Source: a virus. From it: a stretch of DNA of 54,395 nucleotides. Each line of letters opens with the position of its first letter. Position 1 is the first letter of the stretch. Below the pieces are notes generated by a model. The model was given only the letters and a program-made list of their open reading frames with translations. It did no database searches and had not been told where the DNA came from. Location: the UHGV virus genome UHGV-0107341; one strand, given 5' to 3'. The position numbers were made by a program, and so were the translations under genes. This document shows positions 1 through 10,120 of the stretch, in pieces.

Positions 1-137
1 AACGTCAATATCCTGACGTCCTGGCTCGTGAAAAATACCTTCTTTCCGAAGTTCAAGATAAGGTGATCGATTTCGTTAAATCTCATCCCCTGCATTGAGA
101 GCAGGTGTTCCTCTTTGAAACAAAGATGCCACCAGCA

Positions 138-404
138 TTATGGTTCGCATTTCCAAATGGTGTTCTGAACGCCCGTGCCGGGCGCGAGATGTGGATTAGC
201 GTTCGCGCTATGCTGATATACGGCTTTAGACTTTCCATATTGCTGACAGGCTTTATCTGCGGTTTTTTGCAGACTATCCAGCCCATACCAGCCATCTGAC
301 TGGATGCTTACCTTTTCACCGTCGTTGTATTGCACCATTGCACACCCAGACATAGCCAAGATCGCGCCGACAATAACGCTTTTCCATAAAACTCTATGCA
401 ACAT
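138..404 (-). CDS. small lipoprotein (signal peptide with lipobox AMSGC)
   Basis: ORF track 138..410; start moved to the ATG at 404 giving MLHRVLWKSVIVGAILAMSGC..., a classic lipoprotein signal with Cys; no recognisable catalytic motifs. Confidence 0.4.
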   Translation of the reverse strand: MLHRVLWKSVIVGAILAMSGCAMVQYNDGEKVSIQSDGWYGLDSLQKTADKACQQYGKSKAVYQHSANANPHLAPGTGVQNTIWKCEP

Positions 405-409
405 ATACA

Positions 410-439
410 AAAATCCCCTCTGTGAATTGAGGGGATTTT
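410..439 (-). terminator. GC-rich hairpin (aaaatcccctc...gaggggatttt) flanked by A/T runs; terminator or translational control element
   Basis: Perfect 11-bp inverted repeat with U-run on the minus strand, directly upstream of the lipoprotein start; GAGG of the 3' arm could serve as a sequestered RBS. Confidence 0.35.
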
Positions 440-513
440 AGCATGGTGATCAGATATCAGCTTTATTCAGAATTTTACCCACCAGCTATGTGATTTTTTC
501 TGACAGGTCATCT

Positions 514-1320
514 TTAATACTTGCACTTATGACATGCGAATCTCCACTGTTCATGGTCAAAGCACCAGAATACTTCCCTGGGCAGATTGTGTTTTTTCAT
601 TTGCGCCAGCACGTGCGTTGGCGTATTTGCGGGGATTTCTGGTAGCAAAGCCTTAGCCATTTCATGAATTAACATAGCATCTATTACCCCAAGCGTATGC
701 CCAGCCTTAATCTTTAATGCGGTTTCAAGATGGCTCCTTTCCAGAGTTGTACTCACTCTTGGCTTCGGCGCTTGTGGATGGGTATCCAGACGGTTGCCAG
801 ATTCATAGGCTACCCGCAGCCAGTGCATGAATGTTTCCGTAGACACACAACCGCAGTCCTGGTCGATTTTTTCGTGTTGCTGCCCCAGCCACTGCTCAAA
901 ATTTAACTTGTTGGATGCTTCTAGAGCCTCTTCGTATTGTTTGCGCGAAATTATTTCCGTGTATTCCTCACGATCAAGGTTACTTATCGGGAGTCTGACC
1001 TCAAGGCAAAAATGGCGTCCTCGCAGGCTTTTTGCCGGGTCAGAGCCAAAAGCAAAGAAGCCATATGATGGTTCATACTCGTCCTCTCTAACCATGCGAC
1101 AATCGAGCACATCATCAGGCCACCCTCCACGCTTTGGCAGCTCCTGCACCAATAAGTCAATCAGCTTTATTGTTTCACCATCCTTGCAGGTTGCTAACGC
1201 TATTTTGGCAAGCTCCAACACCTCATCTGCCGTATATCCAGCACCGTGACCATACATTTCTATTCGTGCGATAATGTCCAATAAACGAGTTTTAGTTATC
1301 CTCATATCGCTCACCATCAT
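514..1320 (-). CDS. hypothetical protein
   Basis: Long ORF in track (514..1419); start placed at internal MMVSD to avoid overlap with upstream gene; no recognised domain. Confidence 0.4.
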   Translation of the reverse strand: MMVSDMRITKTRLLDIIARIEMYGHGAGYTADEVLELAKIALATCKDGETIKLIDLLVQELPKRGGWPDDVLDCRMVREDEYEPSYGFFAFGSDPAKSLRGRHFCLEVRLPISNLDREEYTEIISRKQYEEALEASNKLNFEQWLGQQHEKIDQDCGCVSTETFMHWLRVAYESGNRLDTHPQAPKPRVSTTLERSHLETALKIKAGHTLGVIDAMLIHEMAKALLPEIPANTPTHVLAQMKKHNLPREVFWCFDHEQWRFACHKCKY

Positions 1321-1625
1321 AGATACACAAAAACCAAAACCCAAAGGCAGGCGACAGTAGGGACGGTAAAATCCTGCAAGCTCGCCATATCCCATACGCG
1401 TGGATCGAAACCGCCCCACCAGGGCATATTGCTGCGCTTACCGTTCCCGAACTTGTTTATCCATCGGTATTCAGCCTGGGTGTGTTCGCGCGCAATAAAG
1501 AACGTGATCCCTGCTATTGCTCCATAAATCCAGTTACCAGTTAATGTGCCCATAATCACCTGAGCTAAAACGGCACAAGCCGCATGTAATAATGGGGTAA
1601 AATTAAAAGATTTATTATTTTTCAT
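1317..1625 (-). CDS. small membrane protein
   Basis: ORF track; hydrophobic segments (AVLAQVIMGTLTGNWIYGAIAGITFFIA, ACLWVLVFVYL). Confidence 0.4.
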   Translation of the reverse strand: MKNNKSFNFTPLLHAACAVLAQVIMGTLTGNWIYGAIAGITFFIAREHTQAEYRWINKFGNGKRSNMPWWGGFDPRVWDMASLQDFTVPTVACLWVLVFVYL

Positions 1626-1918
1626 TATGGTTGACTCCAGTTATCTTCAATAACAATACTTAACCTCTGAAGCCATTCTGCTAATTTCAACATAGCTTCT
1701 CTTTCGCTTAAACCACGAGGAAAATCATCAAGCGAAATTGTTGGCTTGAATCCCCCGTAATTATCCATTTCAACAGTCAGATTTTGCTCCAGCACGGTAT
1801 TCCTTACGCGGCTATTGTGCCGAAGCAAATATACTGAACGTGATTTATTGGTTTTGTGGTCGAATGTATATTCGGTAAGTATCATCTGGCTTCCGCCATG
1901 ATTATTACCTCGCCACAT
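1625..1918 (-). CDS. hypothetical protein
   Basis: ORF track, 97 aa, tightly packed in the leftward operon. Confidence 0.35.
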   Translation of the reverse strand: MWRGNNHGGSQMILTEYTFDHKTNKSRSVYLLRHNSRVRNTVLEQNLTVEMDNYGGFKPTISLDDFPRGLSEREAMLKLAEWLQRLSIVIEDNWSQP

Positions 1919-1930
1919 AATTACTCCGTG

Positions 1931-2347
1931 TTAATAAGAGAAATATACCGTTGCAACACTGTTATATTGGTCGAACGAAATAGCATTTACTTCATAGCTG
2001 GTGGGCAGCTTCTTACCAAGAATGTAGCCAGGCCATGAGTTCCACGGAATTTCTGTACGGTCGTCGTCTTGCCACATTACGCAACCAAGAGAGCCAACCA
2101 TTTCACCATATCGCTTGCCACAAGTAACAAAGCCGATATTCGGCTTTTCTTGTGTTGCTGATACCATGGTGGTATTGGCAGATGCATTGATTGCAGTACG
2201 CCGCGCTTGCTCGCTAGCGATAGAAGCATTTACTGCCGCCGTGGTCGCTGCTGTTGCCGCCGCTCCAGCGGCAATAACTGACGCGTGGGATAAATGACTG
2301 GCTGATAACATAGCCAGAAAAATAATAGCTCTTTGAAATTTAGCCAT
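1931..2347 (-). CDS. secreted protein (N-terminal signal peptide)
   Basis: MAKFQRAIIFLAMLSASHLSHA signal-like N-terminus followed by Ala/Thr-rich region. Confidence 0.4.
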   Translation of the reverse strand: MAKFQRAIIFLAMLSASHLSHASVIAAGAAATAATTAAVNASIASEQARRTAINASANTTMVSATQEKPNIGFVTCGKRYGEMVGSLGCVMWQDDDRTEIPWNSWPGYILGKKLPTSYEVNAISFDQYNSVATVYFSY

Positions 2348-2621
2348 TGATATTCACCTTTATTGCATACACCTTTACCGGATTCTCTCCAAAGTGCGGA
2401 TGTGTAATTGTCTTTATTTCATACCCTTCATACGGGACGTCAATTCTGCGGCTGGAATCGTCGCGCTTCGGATATCCCTTCGTGATAATCAGGCGGTCAT
2501 ACTCCCTGAACATAATTCGCTTATTCCAGTAGTCATTACACAGGCGATACTCTTCCGTTTTCTCTCCGCGAATGATGGCATCGAAGTATTCACCTTTAAC
2601 GGCTAGTTGCAGGTTAGCCAC
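2340..2621 (-). CDS. hypothetical protein
   Basis: ORF track, 93 aa, overlaps neighbours by a few nt (operon packing). Confidence 0.35.
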   Translation of the reverse strand: MANLQLAVKGEYFDAIIRGEKTEEYRLCNDYWNKRIMFREYDRLIITKGYPKRDDSSRRIDVPYEGYEIKTITHPHFGENPVKVYAIKVNING

Positions 2622-3417
2622 GGTTAACCTCCTGCGGCGGTTCCGGTAGCGGCATCCAATTGATTACATCGCATTCAGGGATGCTGATATCATCACCAAG
2701 CCACCCTTGACCTTCAGACCAGCATTGCACGTAATACCCGTATTTTGTGTTCACTACGCACCACTGCGCGTCGTTCGGCATTCGCTCACTACAGCTTATC
2801 CAACCATCCGGAGTTACCGGATAGTTGCGCATTGCGACCTTTAATGCCTCATAGAAGCAACCTTTCAGATTGTTGAACTGACGCCCATTAAGAGGACCGT
2901 GTTCAGTAAGCATGTTGCGTAATTTCCATGCCGCGTCGTTTACTTCGTTGGATGACAGGGGAGGCAACTTGTAAGTTTGGCTTACAGGTTCGGCACCATG
3001 AAGCATGGCGCCGCTCCGCTCTATGCCATCCAGCGCGATTCGCAGTGCCTGAATTGTGGTAGAGCTATCGTTTGGGGCTATTCCATATCGCTCGAATACA
3101 GCTAAATGGTTGCGCATAATCTCAGGCGTAAGCTCTTTGTAAGCATAAGCAAGAGGCTCTGATGCATTATCCGGCACAACCGACGCAGGCGCGGCAGCAT
3201 AAACAGGAATAACGTCAGCTTGCTCTTTATTGCTTTCATCCGTTAAAGCCCAGAATAATTTCCCGGCCGGATGTTTGAAAATATAAGCAACTGGATCTGC
3301 TTCCAGCGATGCCAGTGCAATTTCATAAGCACGGCGCTCAATATTGTCTCGAACGTCCAAGCTGCCTATGCGCTCTTTGATTTCTTTAATCAGTTCTTTG
3401 TCGGTAAAAGTGGTCAT
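2614..3417 (-). CDS. phage protein with DUF551-like C-terminal domain
   Basis: C-terminal WISCSERMPNDAQWCVV...WMPLPEPP resembles the DUF551 module common in enterobacterial phage accessory genes. Confidence 0.45.
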   Translation of the reverse strand: MTTFTDKELIKEIKERIGSLDVRDNIERRAYEIALASLEADPVAYIFKHPAGKLFWALTDESNKEQADVIPVYAAAPASVVPDNASEPLAYAYKELTPEIMRNHLAVFERYGIAPNDSSTTIQALRIALDGIERSGAMLHGAEPVSQTYKLPPLSSNEVNDAAWKLRNMLTEHGPLNGRQFNNLKGCFYEALKVAMRNYPVTPDGWISCSERMPNDAQWCVVNTKYGYYVQCWSEGQGWLGDDISIPECDVINWMPLPEPPQEVNRG

Positions 3418-3418
3418 G

Positions 3419-3982
3419 TCACTCTCCTTTGATGCGAATGCCAGCGTCAGACATCATATGCAGATACTCAACTGCATCCTGAACCCATTGACCGCCAATC
3501 CCGTAATAGCGATGCGTAATGATGTCGATAGTTACTAACGGGTCTTGTTCGATTAACTTCCGCAGAAACTCTCCCAGGTCACCAGTGCAGTGCTTGATGA
3601 CAGGAGTTTTCCCAGGATGGCGAACAACAAGAAACTGATTTCCGACTTCACGGACTTCGTTGCTTTCCAGTTCTGCAATGCGCTTCTCTGCGGCTTCCAG
3701 CTCAACGCGCAGCTTCCCTACCGTTAGCGCAATATCCTCGTTCTCCTGGTCACGGCGTTTTATGTATTGCTGGTTTCTTTCCCGTTCATCCAGCAGCGCC
3801 AGCACGGTTTCTGGTCCGGTCAGAAATTTGAAGGCGTTGAGCGCATCAATATCCACACCGTAATCTTTAAGTTCCTGTTCACTTAACAAATCATCATCAG
3901 ATGGCAACATTAACAGGCGTTCCATTGCTGGAATTGCACGTTCCGCCGCCTCACGCAGTGCCTGGTAATTAATTTCGCTCAC
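3419..3982 (-). CDS. Ead/Ea22-like coiled-coil protein
   Basis: N-terminus EINYQALREAAERA mirrors the next gene (TIDYQVLREAAEKA); coiled-coil rich; family typical of lambdoid early-region accessory genes. Confidence 0.4.
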   Translation of the reverse strand: MSEINYQALREAAERAIPAMERLLMLPSDDDLLSEQELKDYGVDIDALNAFKFLTGPETVLALLDERERNQQYIKRRDQENEDIALTVGKLRVELEAAEKRIAELESNEVREVGNQFLVVRHPGKTPVIKHCTGDLGEFLRKLIEQDPLVTIDIITHRYYGIGGQWVQDAVEYLHMMSDAGIRIKGE

Positions 3983-4599
3983 TGGTTGCCTCCTTTGCGA
4001 AGCTGTTCAGCAATACTTACGCATATCTCTGCGCCTCTAATCAGCCCCGGAACGTTCTTGTTTGGCCCAACTTCACCATCAACAAAATCAATCATCGCGT
4101 TACGAGCCATATCCACCCCCTGCGCCCGCACTTCCGCCAGGAAAGCGTCGGTAGCTGGCGTTTCGCTGTGGTGCAGGGCATCATTAATAATCATCGCAGC
4201 AACTCCGGCCTGCCCTGCATCCGTGACCGACACATGCTCAAGAGTTACGGCCATTGCGTGTTTCAGCCCGGCGTTCTCTGCCACCAGCGCCGCGAGATTA
4301 GTCTCAAGCTCTGCAATTCGACACATAGCATCAATATTTGTGTCCTCCAGGCACTTAATTTCACCAAGCAGCTCCAGTGCAACCTTTGGGTTGAACGCGG
4401 CAACATAACGAGCGTTGTTCTCTGCATTTTTCTGTCCATCAAAGCCGGTCCATTTGATAACGTCTTCACATCGTTCATCACCGGGCGTGTGCACCGCATA
4501 AGTACCAGTATCCGTCGAAATAAATGCGACCCATTCGTCTGGTGTTGCCTTTTCTGCCGCCTCACGCAGTACCTGATAGTCAATTGTCATTCTCGCCAT
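3979..4599 (-). CDS. Ead/Ea22-like protein (paralog of 3419..3982)
   Basis: Shared N-terminal motif with the adjacent gene; tandem paralog. Confidence 0.4.
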   Translation of the reverse strand: MARMTIDYQVLREAAEKATPDEWVAFISTDTGTYAVHTPGDERCEDVIKWTGFDGQKNAENNARYVAAFNPKVALELLGEIKCLEDTNIDAMCRIAELETNLAALVAENAGLKHAMAVTLEHVSVTDAGQAGVAAMIINDALHHSETPATDAFLAEVRAQGVDMARNAMIDFVDGEVGPNKNVPGLIRGAEICVSIAEQLRKGGNQ

Positions 4600-5231
4600 C
4601 CTTCACAGTTGTAATCACTACAGCCTTCAAAATCATATGGGCTGTACTGCCAGGTTATTTTTCCGCAATGCGGACAATTCCAACGCACCTTCCCGCTTCG
4701 CGACTTCTTTCTTCTGTTCTGCTCTTTCAACCAGTCAGGCATGACCAAACCTGCGCCCTGAACCATTGTTCTGCGGTTAAAGTTATTGATATTGAACGTC
4801 CGGCGCTTTGCTGCATCAGCAATGGAAAATGGCAACCAAACTATTCCTGGTTCGTTTTTGTTGGCGACGCTAAAGATGGTCGCTTTACTGAAGTCATCTG
4901 TTGGCAATCCACCGTGTTGAAGCCAGTAAACATCGTTGCCGTTCCAGCTACCTTTTTTGTAGGCCACATACGCAGTGCAATCTGACTCAATCAGGCTTTC
5001 TGTAGGGATGTACTGGCAATCAACGTGCCACACAGCCATTGCATCCACACTATCGGCACAAACAGGCTGATCGATATCTCGCCCACAATTCCAGGCTTTT
5101 TGGGCTTCTTCCAGCGTGTAAACATGAGCGCGATCGATATCAGAACTGTAACCATTGCCGTTATGGCAATGGAATGAGGCGTTATTACCCACAGTTTCAC
5201 GCAAGCACATCATGTAAAAACGGTTACTCAC
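4587..5231 (-). CDS. hypothetical protein with C-terminal Cys-rich zinc-ribbon-like motif
   Basis: C-terminal WNCPHCGK...CSDYNCEGW (CxxC...CxxC). Confidence 0.4.
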   Translation of the reverse strand: MSNRFYMMCLRETVGNNASFHCHNGNGYSSDIDRAHVYTLEEAQKAWNCGRDIDQPVCADSVDAMAVWHVDCQYIPTESLIESDCTAYVAYKKGSWNGNDVYWLQHGGLPTDDFSKATIFSVANKNEPGIVWLPFSIADAAKRRTFNINNFNRRTMVQGAGLVMPDWLKEQNRRKKSRSGKVRWNCPHCGKITWQYSPYDFEGCSDYNCEGWRE

Positions 5232-5439
5232 TGGATGCCTCCCAGCAAATTTGTCTTATATAAGAACTGTTAACGCGCTTTACTTTCCCGTCGAACTCCA
5301 GTTTCTTTAGACGACGCAAAACGTATGCCGTTTTGAGTGTGCGATATTTATCCCTAAGCCAGTTGGTCACGACGTAAGTCATACAGCGCCCGTGTTCTTC
5401 CAACACCCGAACTATTTCTTCGTCGGTTGGCTTGCTCAT
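5224..5439 (-). CDS. hypothetical small protein
   Basis: ORF track 71 aa, operon context. Confidence 0.3.
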   Translation of the reverse strand: MSKPTDEEIVRVLEEHGRCMTYVVTNWLRDKYRTLKTAYVLRRLKKLEFDGKVKRVNSSYIRQICWEASSE

Positions 5440-5657
5440 TTTGTCGCTCCTTCAGCTTTCTCTACTTTCGCTGCCATGATTTCCAGCTTTTGTGCTGCCG
5501 ATGCCGCTAACCTGTGAAATTCTTCATCTGTTTCAACTGGAATTGGTACAAACCTGACACCAATTTGAGCAAGGCTATGCGCCATTTCGAGACTTGCTCT
5601 TAACTCTGCTGGGGATGCTTTATTCAGGCCGACTTCCTCACAAATAACAGATTGCAT
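5436..5657 (-). CDS. hypothetical small protein
   Basis: ORF track 73 aa, operon context. Confidence 0.3.
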   Translation of the reverse strand: MQSVICEEVGLNKASPAELRASLEMAHSLAQIGVRFVPIPVETDEEFHRLAASAAQKLEIMAAKVEKAEGATK

Positions 5658-5666
5658 ACGCTCGCC

Positions 5667-6392
5667 CTACTGAATAAGCTCAAACTCGATTACCCACACC
5701 CAGGGATTAGCGTTCCAGCTTTCTTCACCATAGATGGATTCCCACAGGCGCTGGAACGCAACCTTGGCCATTGCGAAATCCCCCTTGGGAGTAAGGAATG
5801 TTCCCGGGTGATCAGGAAGCAAACTTCCAGCAGGCGGAACGCCCTCATCCCTTGCATCGCATTCGCTGATATTGTTCAACCGCTCAACGCGCACGTTGGT
5901 AATTTCCAACAGGATGCGTGATGCCCATCGCGGCATGTGAATTGATGGACGCCACCCACCATCAAACTTTTCATTCACAGTGTGAGGTTTCCAGTCGGCA
6001 TCATCGGGTATCGACCATAAACCGTAATCACCAGGCTTTTGCTCACAACTGGCCCGATAAATCCTTGCTGCGTTCTTCTCATCGCCACGACAAAGGTTGT
6101 CGTTCCAGTCCACACTGCAACCATCTTCATTGCCTAATATCGCCCATGTTTCACGAACCCAAATTCGATCGCCGACGATACCAAAGGGGCAATTGAAAAC
6201 ACTGCTTACACCATCAGCCCCGTACCACTGAAAACCTGCACCAATTTCCCTAACCATCACTGGTGCTTCTGGACCAACTTCCGCAGGCTGATTTTTCATT
6301 ATCCGCCGCGTCTGCGTTTTCCTTCCTTCGAGGATGGCTCGGACCATCTCATCGTTGAAAATCATGCCGCGCTCTTTCACTTCGCCTTTCAT
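5667..6392 (-). CDS. conserved phage protein of unknown function
   Basis: N-terminal MIFNDEMVRAILEGRKTQTRR motif seen in many enterobacterial prophage proteins; no catalytic assignment possible. Confidence 0.45.
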   Translation of the reverse strand: MKGEVKERGMIFNDEMVRAILEGRKTQTRRIMKNQPAEVGPEAPVMVREIGAGFQWYGADGVSSVFNCPFGIVGDRIWVRETWAILGNEDGCSVDWNDNLCRGDEKNAARIYRASCEQKPGDYGLWSIPDDADWKPHTVNEKFDGGWRPSIHMPRWASRILLEITNVRVERLNNISECDARDEGVPPAGSLLPDHPGTFLTPKGDFAMAKVAFQRLWESIYGEESWNANPWVWVIEFELIQ

Positions 6393-6401
6393 GCATCCCC
6401 C

Positions 6402-6488
6402 TTACCCATGCGCGACGATGCCGCCAAAAGTGATAGAGAACAGCCAGAAATAGATCGCGGCCATAATGATTTTGAATGCCGTGTTCAT
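6402..6488 (-). CDS. 28-aa hydrophobic peptide (not in ORF track)
   Basis: ATG preceded by AGGAG at proper spacing; encodes MNTAFKIIMAAIYFWLFSITFGGIVAHG, a single transmembrane helix; lies between an operator-like site and the next gene. Confidence 0.3.
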   Translation of the reverse strand: MNTAFKIIMAAIYFWLFSITFGGIVAHG

Positions 6489-6570
6489 ATTTTCAGCTCC
6501 TGTGATTGATTGGATACATGCCGCGCCTTGCGGCATGTTTTTATTTTCACTTTCTCTGTTTTAAAAATCA

Positions 6571-6587
6571 ATATTTATTAGAGCAAT
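6571..6587 (-). promoter_or_regulatory. C1-repressor operator-like 17-mer (ATTGCTCTAATAAATAT on minus strand)
   Basis: 16/17 match to the recalled P1 C1 operator consensus ATTGCTCTAATAAATTT; abuts the stop codon of the HAD phosphatase gene. Confidence 0.5.
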
Positions 6588-7093
6588 TATTGTTGGTGGA
6601 GAAGCGCGTTTTCATACTCCCTGACCATTAACGTAAGTACGCCGTGACTCCTGAAAACACGCGCCACTTCAATCTTATCTTCCAGCGCGAACGCAATTTT
6701 ACTTAGACCAATTTTCTTCAGGAGATCAATCTTTGCTGGACCGTCATTTCTGTCATCGGTGGCAGGACGCATAGATAGCAAAGGCTCAGCCCCGTTTGTT
6801 ACGTACTTCCGCAGCCAGGCTCGTGTTTTATCCCTTGCGATCTCACAGCGCCCGGTTACAAACCAGACCGTGTAAACGTTAAATAACTGGCGCACCATAT
6901 CAATCACTGGAGTGATGGGAGTATCGGTGTCACAGGCGAGATTAAACTCGTTCCAGTCCTTTGTTAATGCACCTTTACCTGGTGGCGGAAGCAAATGCAG
7001 TCTGTCTTCAGTTGCCTCTGATATTGTTCCATCAATATCGACTATGACGATATACGGACGTTCCTGGTGTGCATGTTTATTGAAAATACTCAA
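6587..7093 (-). CDS. HAD-superfamily phosphatase (polynucleotide 3'-phosphatase-like)
   Basis: Motif I VIVDIDGTIS (DxDGT) near N-terminus plus downstream conserved TGR and lysine typical of HAD phosphatases. Confidence 0.5.
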   Translation of the reverse strand: MSIFNKHAHQERPYIVIVDIDGTISEATEDRLHLLPPPGKGALTKDWNEFNLACDTDTPITPVIDMVRQLFNVYTVWFVTGRCEIARDKTRAWLRKYVTNGAEPLLSMRPATDDRNDGPAKIDLLKKIGLSKIAFALEDKIEVARVFRSHGVLTLMVREYENALLHQQ

Positions 7094-7165
7094 ATGCCCT
7101 CCTCATTGGACGAAAAAAATGCTGGTGGGCGCACTCCACCAGCATTAAAAGTGACACTGTAACTA

Positions 7166-8428
7166 TCAGCGGACGTAAATAGTGCCGCCGTTCTCTTTTT
7201 CCCATGCATCGCTACGTGCATAGCAAACATCGAGAAGTCTTCTTGCCGCTGTTTCCTCTAAACCCAATTCGACAACCAACTGCTCATGACGGCGGGTAAC
7301 CACATCAAACAGGGTATGCAACCCTTTAGTTGCCAGATCATCAATGAATTCCGGTTCGAACGGCAGCTCTGCATCTGCCAACATAACCTCTTGCGCCCAC
7401 TCAACTCGACGGACCAATTCCGGGCGGCGGCTTTCCATCTCTTTACAGATCAATTCATGGAAGAACTCTACCCAACCTTCCGGCTGGAACTCGCGGAAAA
7501 TTGCCAACGGCTGGAAGTTTGGCATCAACCATTCGTTGATTCGGATATCAATGGCATAGCCCATGTCGCAGCAGAACTGATAAGCAAAGTCCAGCTTAGA
7601 AACGATATAAGGACGCTCGTTATTGAACTCTTTAGGCGATGAGATCCCATAAGCCAGGAGGCGCGGGAAGAAGGAGATTTGCCCTAACGTCGGATGAAGT
7701 TTGCTTGCAGGGAAACGGCGCTCAGTAATGCCATACATTTCCTTCTTGAGCGTCGCAAATTTGGCGTTTTCATTAACCAGCTCGGTAACCTCTGCTTTTT
7801 TATTAGCAAATGCCACGCGCGCCTCGCTTGCATCTTTAATAGCCTTTTTGAGCTGTTGGTTAAGATCGGTGACCTGCTTACGCAGTTCCTGTCGCTCGCT
7901 TTTAGCTTTGTTATAGCGTTTCTCAAGGTTAAAAGGATCAAGTTTCATGATCTCTTTATATTGAGATTTTAGCGTTGAAATCTGTGAGTTCCGCAGTTCA
8001 ACCATCGCGGTCATTTCATTAAGTTTTGTTTCCAGCTCAATGCTTATACGTTCGGCATTATCAGCACGCTGGTTGGCGTCATGCATCGCATCGTCGATCG
8101 CGTCCTGTTGCTGGCGTTTCAAATGTTCAATTTGCAGCTGAAGCTCTTCGATTTCTTTACCCTTCAGACCGAGATCCAACTGCATATTTTCAGCTGCATC
8201 TACCAGGGAGTTATGGCTATCAGCTTCTGCGTTATAAACATCAATAAGCTGTGCGTGAAGCATCTCCGCTGACTGAACCGCATTATCAAAAAAACGCGCT
8301 GTGAGGTCATCACAACTAACGCGGCGTTGCGCGGCCCGGATGTTCTGGATAATGGCCGGGATACCGGCATTCAGGACGTCAGGGATAGATACATTTTCGA
8401 TTGATTGGTTTTGTGCTGAAGTGCTCAT
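7166..8428 (-). CDS. coiled-coil protein of unknown function
   Basis: 420-aa ORF; long heptad-rich central region (residues ~80-230) and globular C-terminal domain. Confidence 0.45.
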   Translation of the reverse strand: MSTSAQNQSIENVSIPDVLNAGIPAIIQNIRAAQRRVSCDDLTARFFDNAVQSAEMLHAQLIDVYNAEADSHNSLVDAAENMQLDLGLKGKEIEELQLQIEHLKRQQQDAIDDAMHDANQRADNAERISIELETKLNEMTAMVELRNSQISTLKSQYKEIMKLDPFNLEKRYNKAKSERQELRKQVTDLNQQLKKAIKDASEARVAFANKKAEVTELVNENAKFATLKKEMYGITERRFPASKLHPTLGQISFFPRLLAYGISSPKEFNNERPYIVSKLDFAYQFCCDMGYAIDIRINEWLMPNFQPLAIFREFQPEGWVEFFHELICKEMESRRPELVRRVEWAQEVMLADAELPFEPEFIDDLATKGLHTLFDVVTRRHEQLVVELGLEETAARRLLDVCYARSDAWEKENGGTIYVR

Positions 8429-8429
8429 T

Positions 8430-8648
8430 TCAAAGTTCCGTATTAGCTTGTGCTTCGGTCATTTTTCCTAAGTATGAAGGTGGAAGGACTACGCAATTTG
8501 TATCCAGTCCCTCACCTATGGCAGCCTGTAAAATTCTGGCTAAGGTGAGTCTCTTGTTGCGATACCTGGTGATGACATGCCTGATACCGCCGGTCGGCGT
8601 AACAAAGGCGATCAGCCAGTAGTGATATTTCCGTCGGAATGGCCACAT
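8430..8648 (-). CDS. hypothetical small protein
   Basis: ORF track 72 aa. Confidence 0.3.
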   Translation of the reverse strand: MWPFRRKYHYWLIAFVTPTGGIRHVITRYRNKRLTLARILQAAIGEGLDTNCVVLPPSYLGKMTEAQANTEL

Positions 8649-8662
8649 AGTGCACCTTATAG

Positions 8663-8679
8663 ATTGCTCTAATAAAAAA
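8663..8679 (+). promoter_or_regulatory. C1 operator-like site (ATTGCTCTAATAAAAAA)
   Basis: 15/17 match to C1 operator consensus, plus-strand orientation. Confidence 0.4.
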
Positions 8680-8704
8680 CGTGATGAGTGTACATCACGT
8701 TTTA
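8680..8704. terminator. palindromic hairpin cgtgatg-N-catcacg flanked by A and T runs (bidirectional terminator-like)
   Basis: 7-bp perfect inverted repeat with T-run on both strands, between two leftward genes and bracketed by two inverted operator-like sites. Confidence 0.4.
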
Positions 8705-8711
8705 AAAATAT

Positions 8712-8728
8712 GGAATTATTAGAGCAAT
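8712..8728 (-). promoter_or_regulatory. C1 operator-like site (ATTGCTCTAATAATTCC on minus strand)
   Basis: 13/17 match to consensus; inverted relative to the site at 8663. Confidence 0.35.
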
Positions 8729-8729
8729 A

Positions 8730-9431
8730 TTATTCTGATTCTCGCTCAAAAAACGAGCTAATAAGGGGAAGCCAATCCTCTGACACTTCGCGAGGTCGCG
8801 GTTTGCCGTGGAAAAAGATTATTCGGCAGTCTTTTGGTAATGCCCCATTCCCCCTGGAGTAACGCGCGCTCGCATATTTCGAACCAGGTTCCACAACATC
8901 GGCCTTGTAACTTACAAACCATCCCGGATACAGATCCTGAAATGCTGGTGTATCATCACCCATAACCTTCCGCAAAAACCCCTGATCACCCCAGCATTCA
9001 GTAGTAACACAACGAGCAATCCAACCTTCCGGATCTTGCCAGAATGCACTCCAGATATGCGCTTTTACACTATTTGGTATCCACAGGGCACCGCTACCAC
9101 GATATTGTGGATGGTAAAAATCCCTAAGCATGGTGAAGCTGGTTGGTGGATTCTCAAGGATTGGGCGTATATCACCGGCAATAACCGTGTCCAAATCCAG
9201 ATAGAACAGATCATCGGTTATATCCGGTCGGAACAACTCGATTTTCGCCCACCAGCCACGGCACTTTTGCCACTGGTTGATCAATGGGACAACTTTGACG
9301 CCAGGTACATGTAAACGCTTCAGGTCTGTCAGGCAAATAATTTCATAGCCTTTTGGCAGTTGATTAACCAGCCACTGCACATCGGAAGCGTTATAGTCAC
9401 CACCAGAGCGAAGAACTAAAGCAATCTTCAT
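8730..9431 (-). CDS. hypothetical protein, possible DXD-type nucleotide-sugar transferase
   Basis: LDLDTVI (DxD-like) motif in a ~230-aa protein; assignment tentative. Confidence 0.35.
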   Translation of the reverse strand: MKIALVLRSGGDYNASDVQWLVNQLPKGYEIICLTDLKRLHVPGVKVVPLINQWQKCRGWWAKIELFRPDITDDLFYLDLDTVIAGDIRPILENPPTSFTMLRDFYHPQYRGSGALWIPNSVKAHIWSAFWQDPEGWIARCVTTECWGDQGFLRKVMGDDTPAFQDLYPGWFVSYKADVVEPGSKYASARYSRGNGALPKDCRIIFFHGKPRPREVSEDWLPLISSFFERESE

Positions 9432-10120
9432 GCTGCACCATCACCTTTCACTTTCATCAATGTCAGGTTTCCGCAAAATACGGCACCAGTGTCGATATAA
9501 TGCTGATTCCAGAATGTCTTCGGGCTTTTCACCGGAGTGTGACCAAAGATAAAACGATCTGCGCCCGAAATTTCGCCACCAATATCATCCATCGAATCAC
9601 TGATACGCTCGCGCGCCCAGACAACGTTGAAAAGCGGCACCTCCTTACCGAATTGATATTCATTATCCGGATAGTCGGCATGGGCTATAACGATAGTTTC
9701 TTGCCCGATGTTCAACTCAATGATATAGGGCAGTCGTCTTACCAACTCCACCAGCGCCCTGGCTAATATTTCCTGATCAGCGTCCAGCATGAAGAACCAT
9801 TGACCGCCATTCATTAGCCAGTTATTCACGTTGCCATCAGGACTTAACGCATCAATCATCAGCCGCTCATGGTTGCCCATAACCGCTCTGAACCATGGCA
9901 TCTGCAATAGCTCCAGGCATTTAACATTTTCGGTGCCGCGATCGATAATGTCGCCGACCGATATCAGTAAATCCTGCGCAGGGTCAAAATCCACACGATG
10001 GAGTTCGGACATCAGTCTGGTGTAGCAACCATGCAGATCACCAACAACCCAGACATTCCTGTATTTGGTACCGTCGATACGGTGATAAATTGTGGGTGCT
10101 ATCATGTATTCTTCAGCCAT
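9428..10120 (-). CDS. Ser/Thr protein phosphatase, PP-lambda / PrpA-PrpB family (likely ortholog of P1 ppp)
   Basis: Calcineurin-like metallophosphatase motifs GDLHG, GDIIDRG, GNHE present in order. Confidence 0.85.
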   Translation of the reverse strand: MAEEYMIAPTIYHRIDGTKYRNVWVVGDLHGCYTRLMSELHRVDFDPAQDLLISVGDIIDRGTENVKCLELLQMPWFRAVMGNHERLMIDALSPDGNVNNWLMNGGQWFFMLDADQEILARALVELVRRLPYIIELNIGQETIVIAHADYPDNEYQFGKEVPLFNVVWARERISDSMDDIGGEISGADRFIFGHTPVKSPKTFWNQHYIDTGAVFCGNLTLMKVKGDGAA

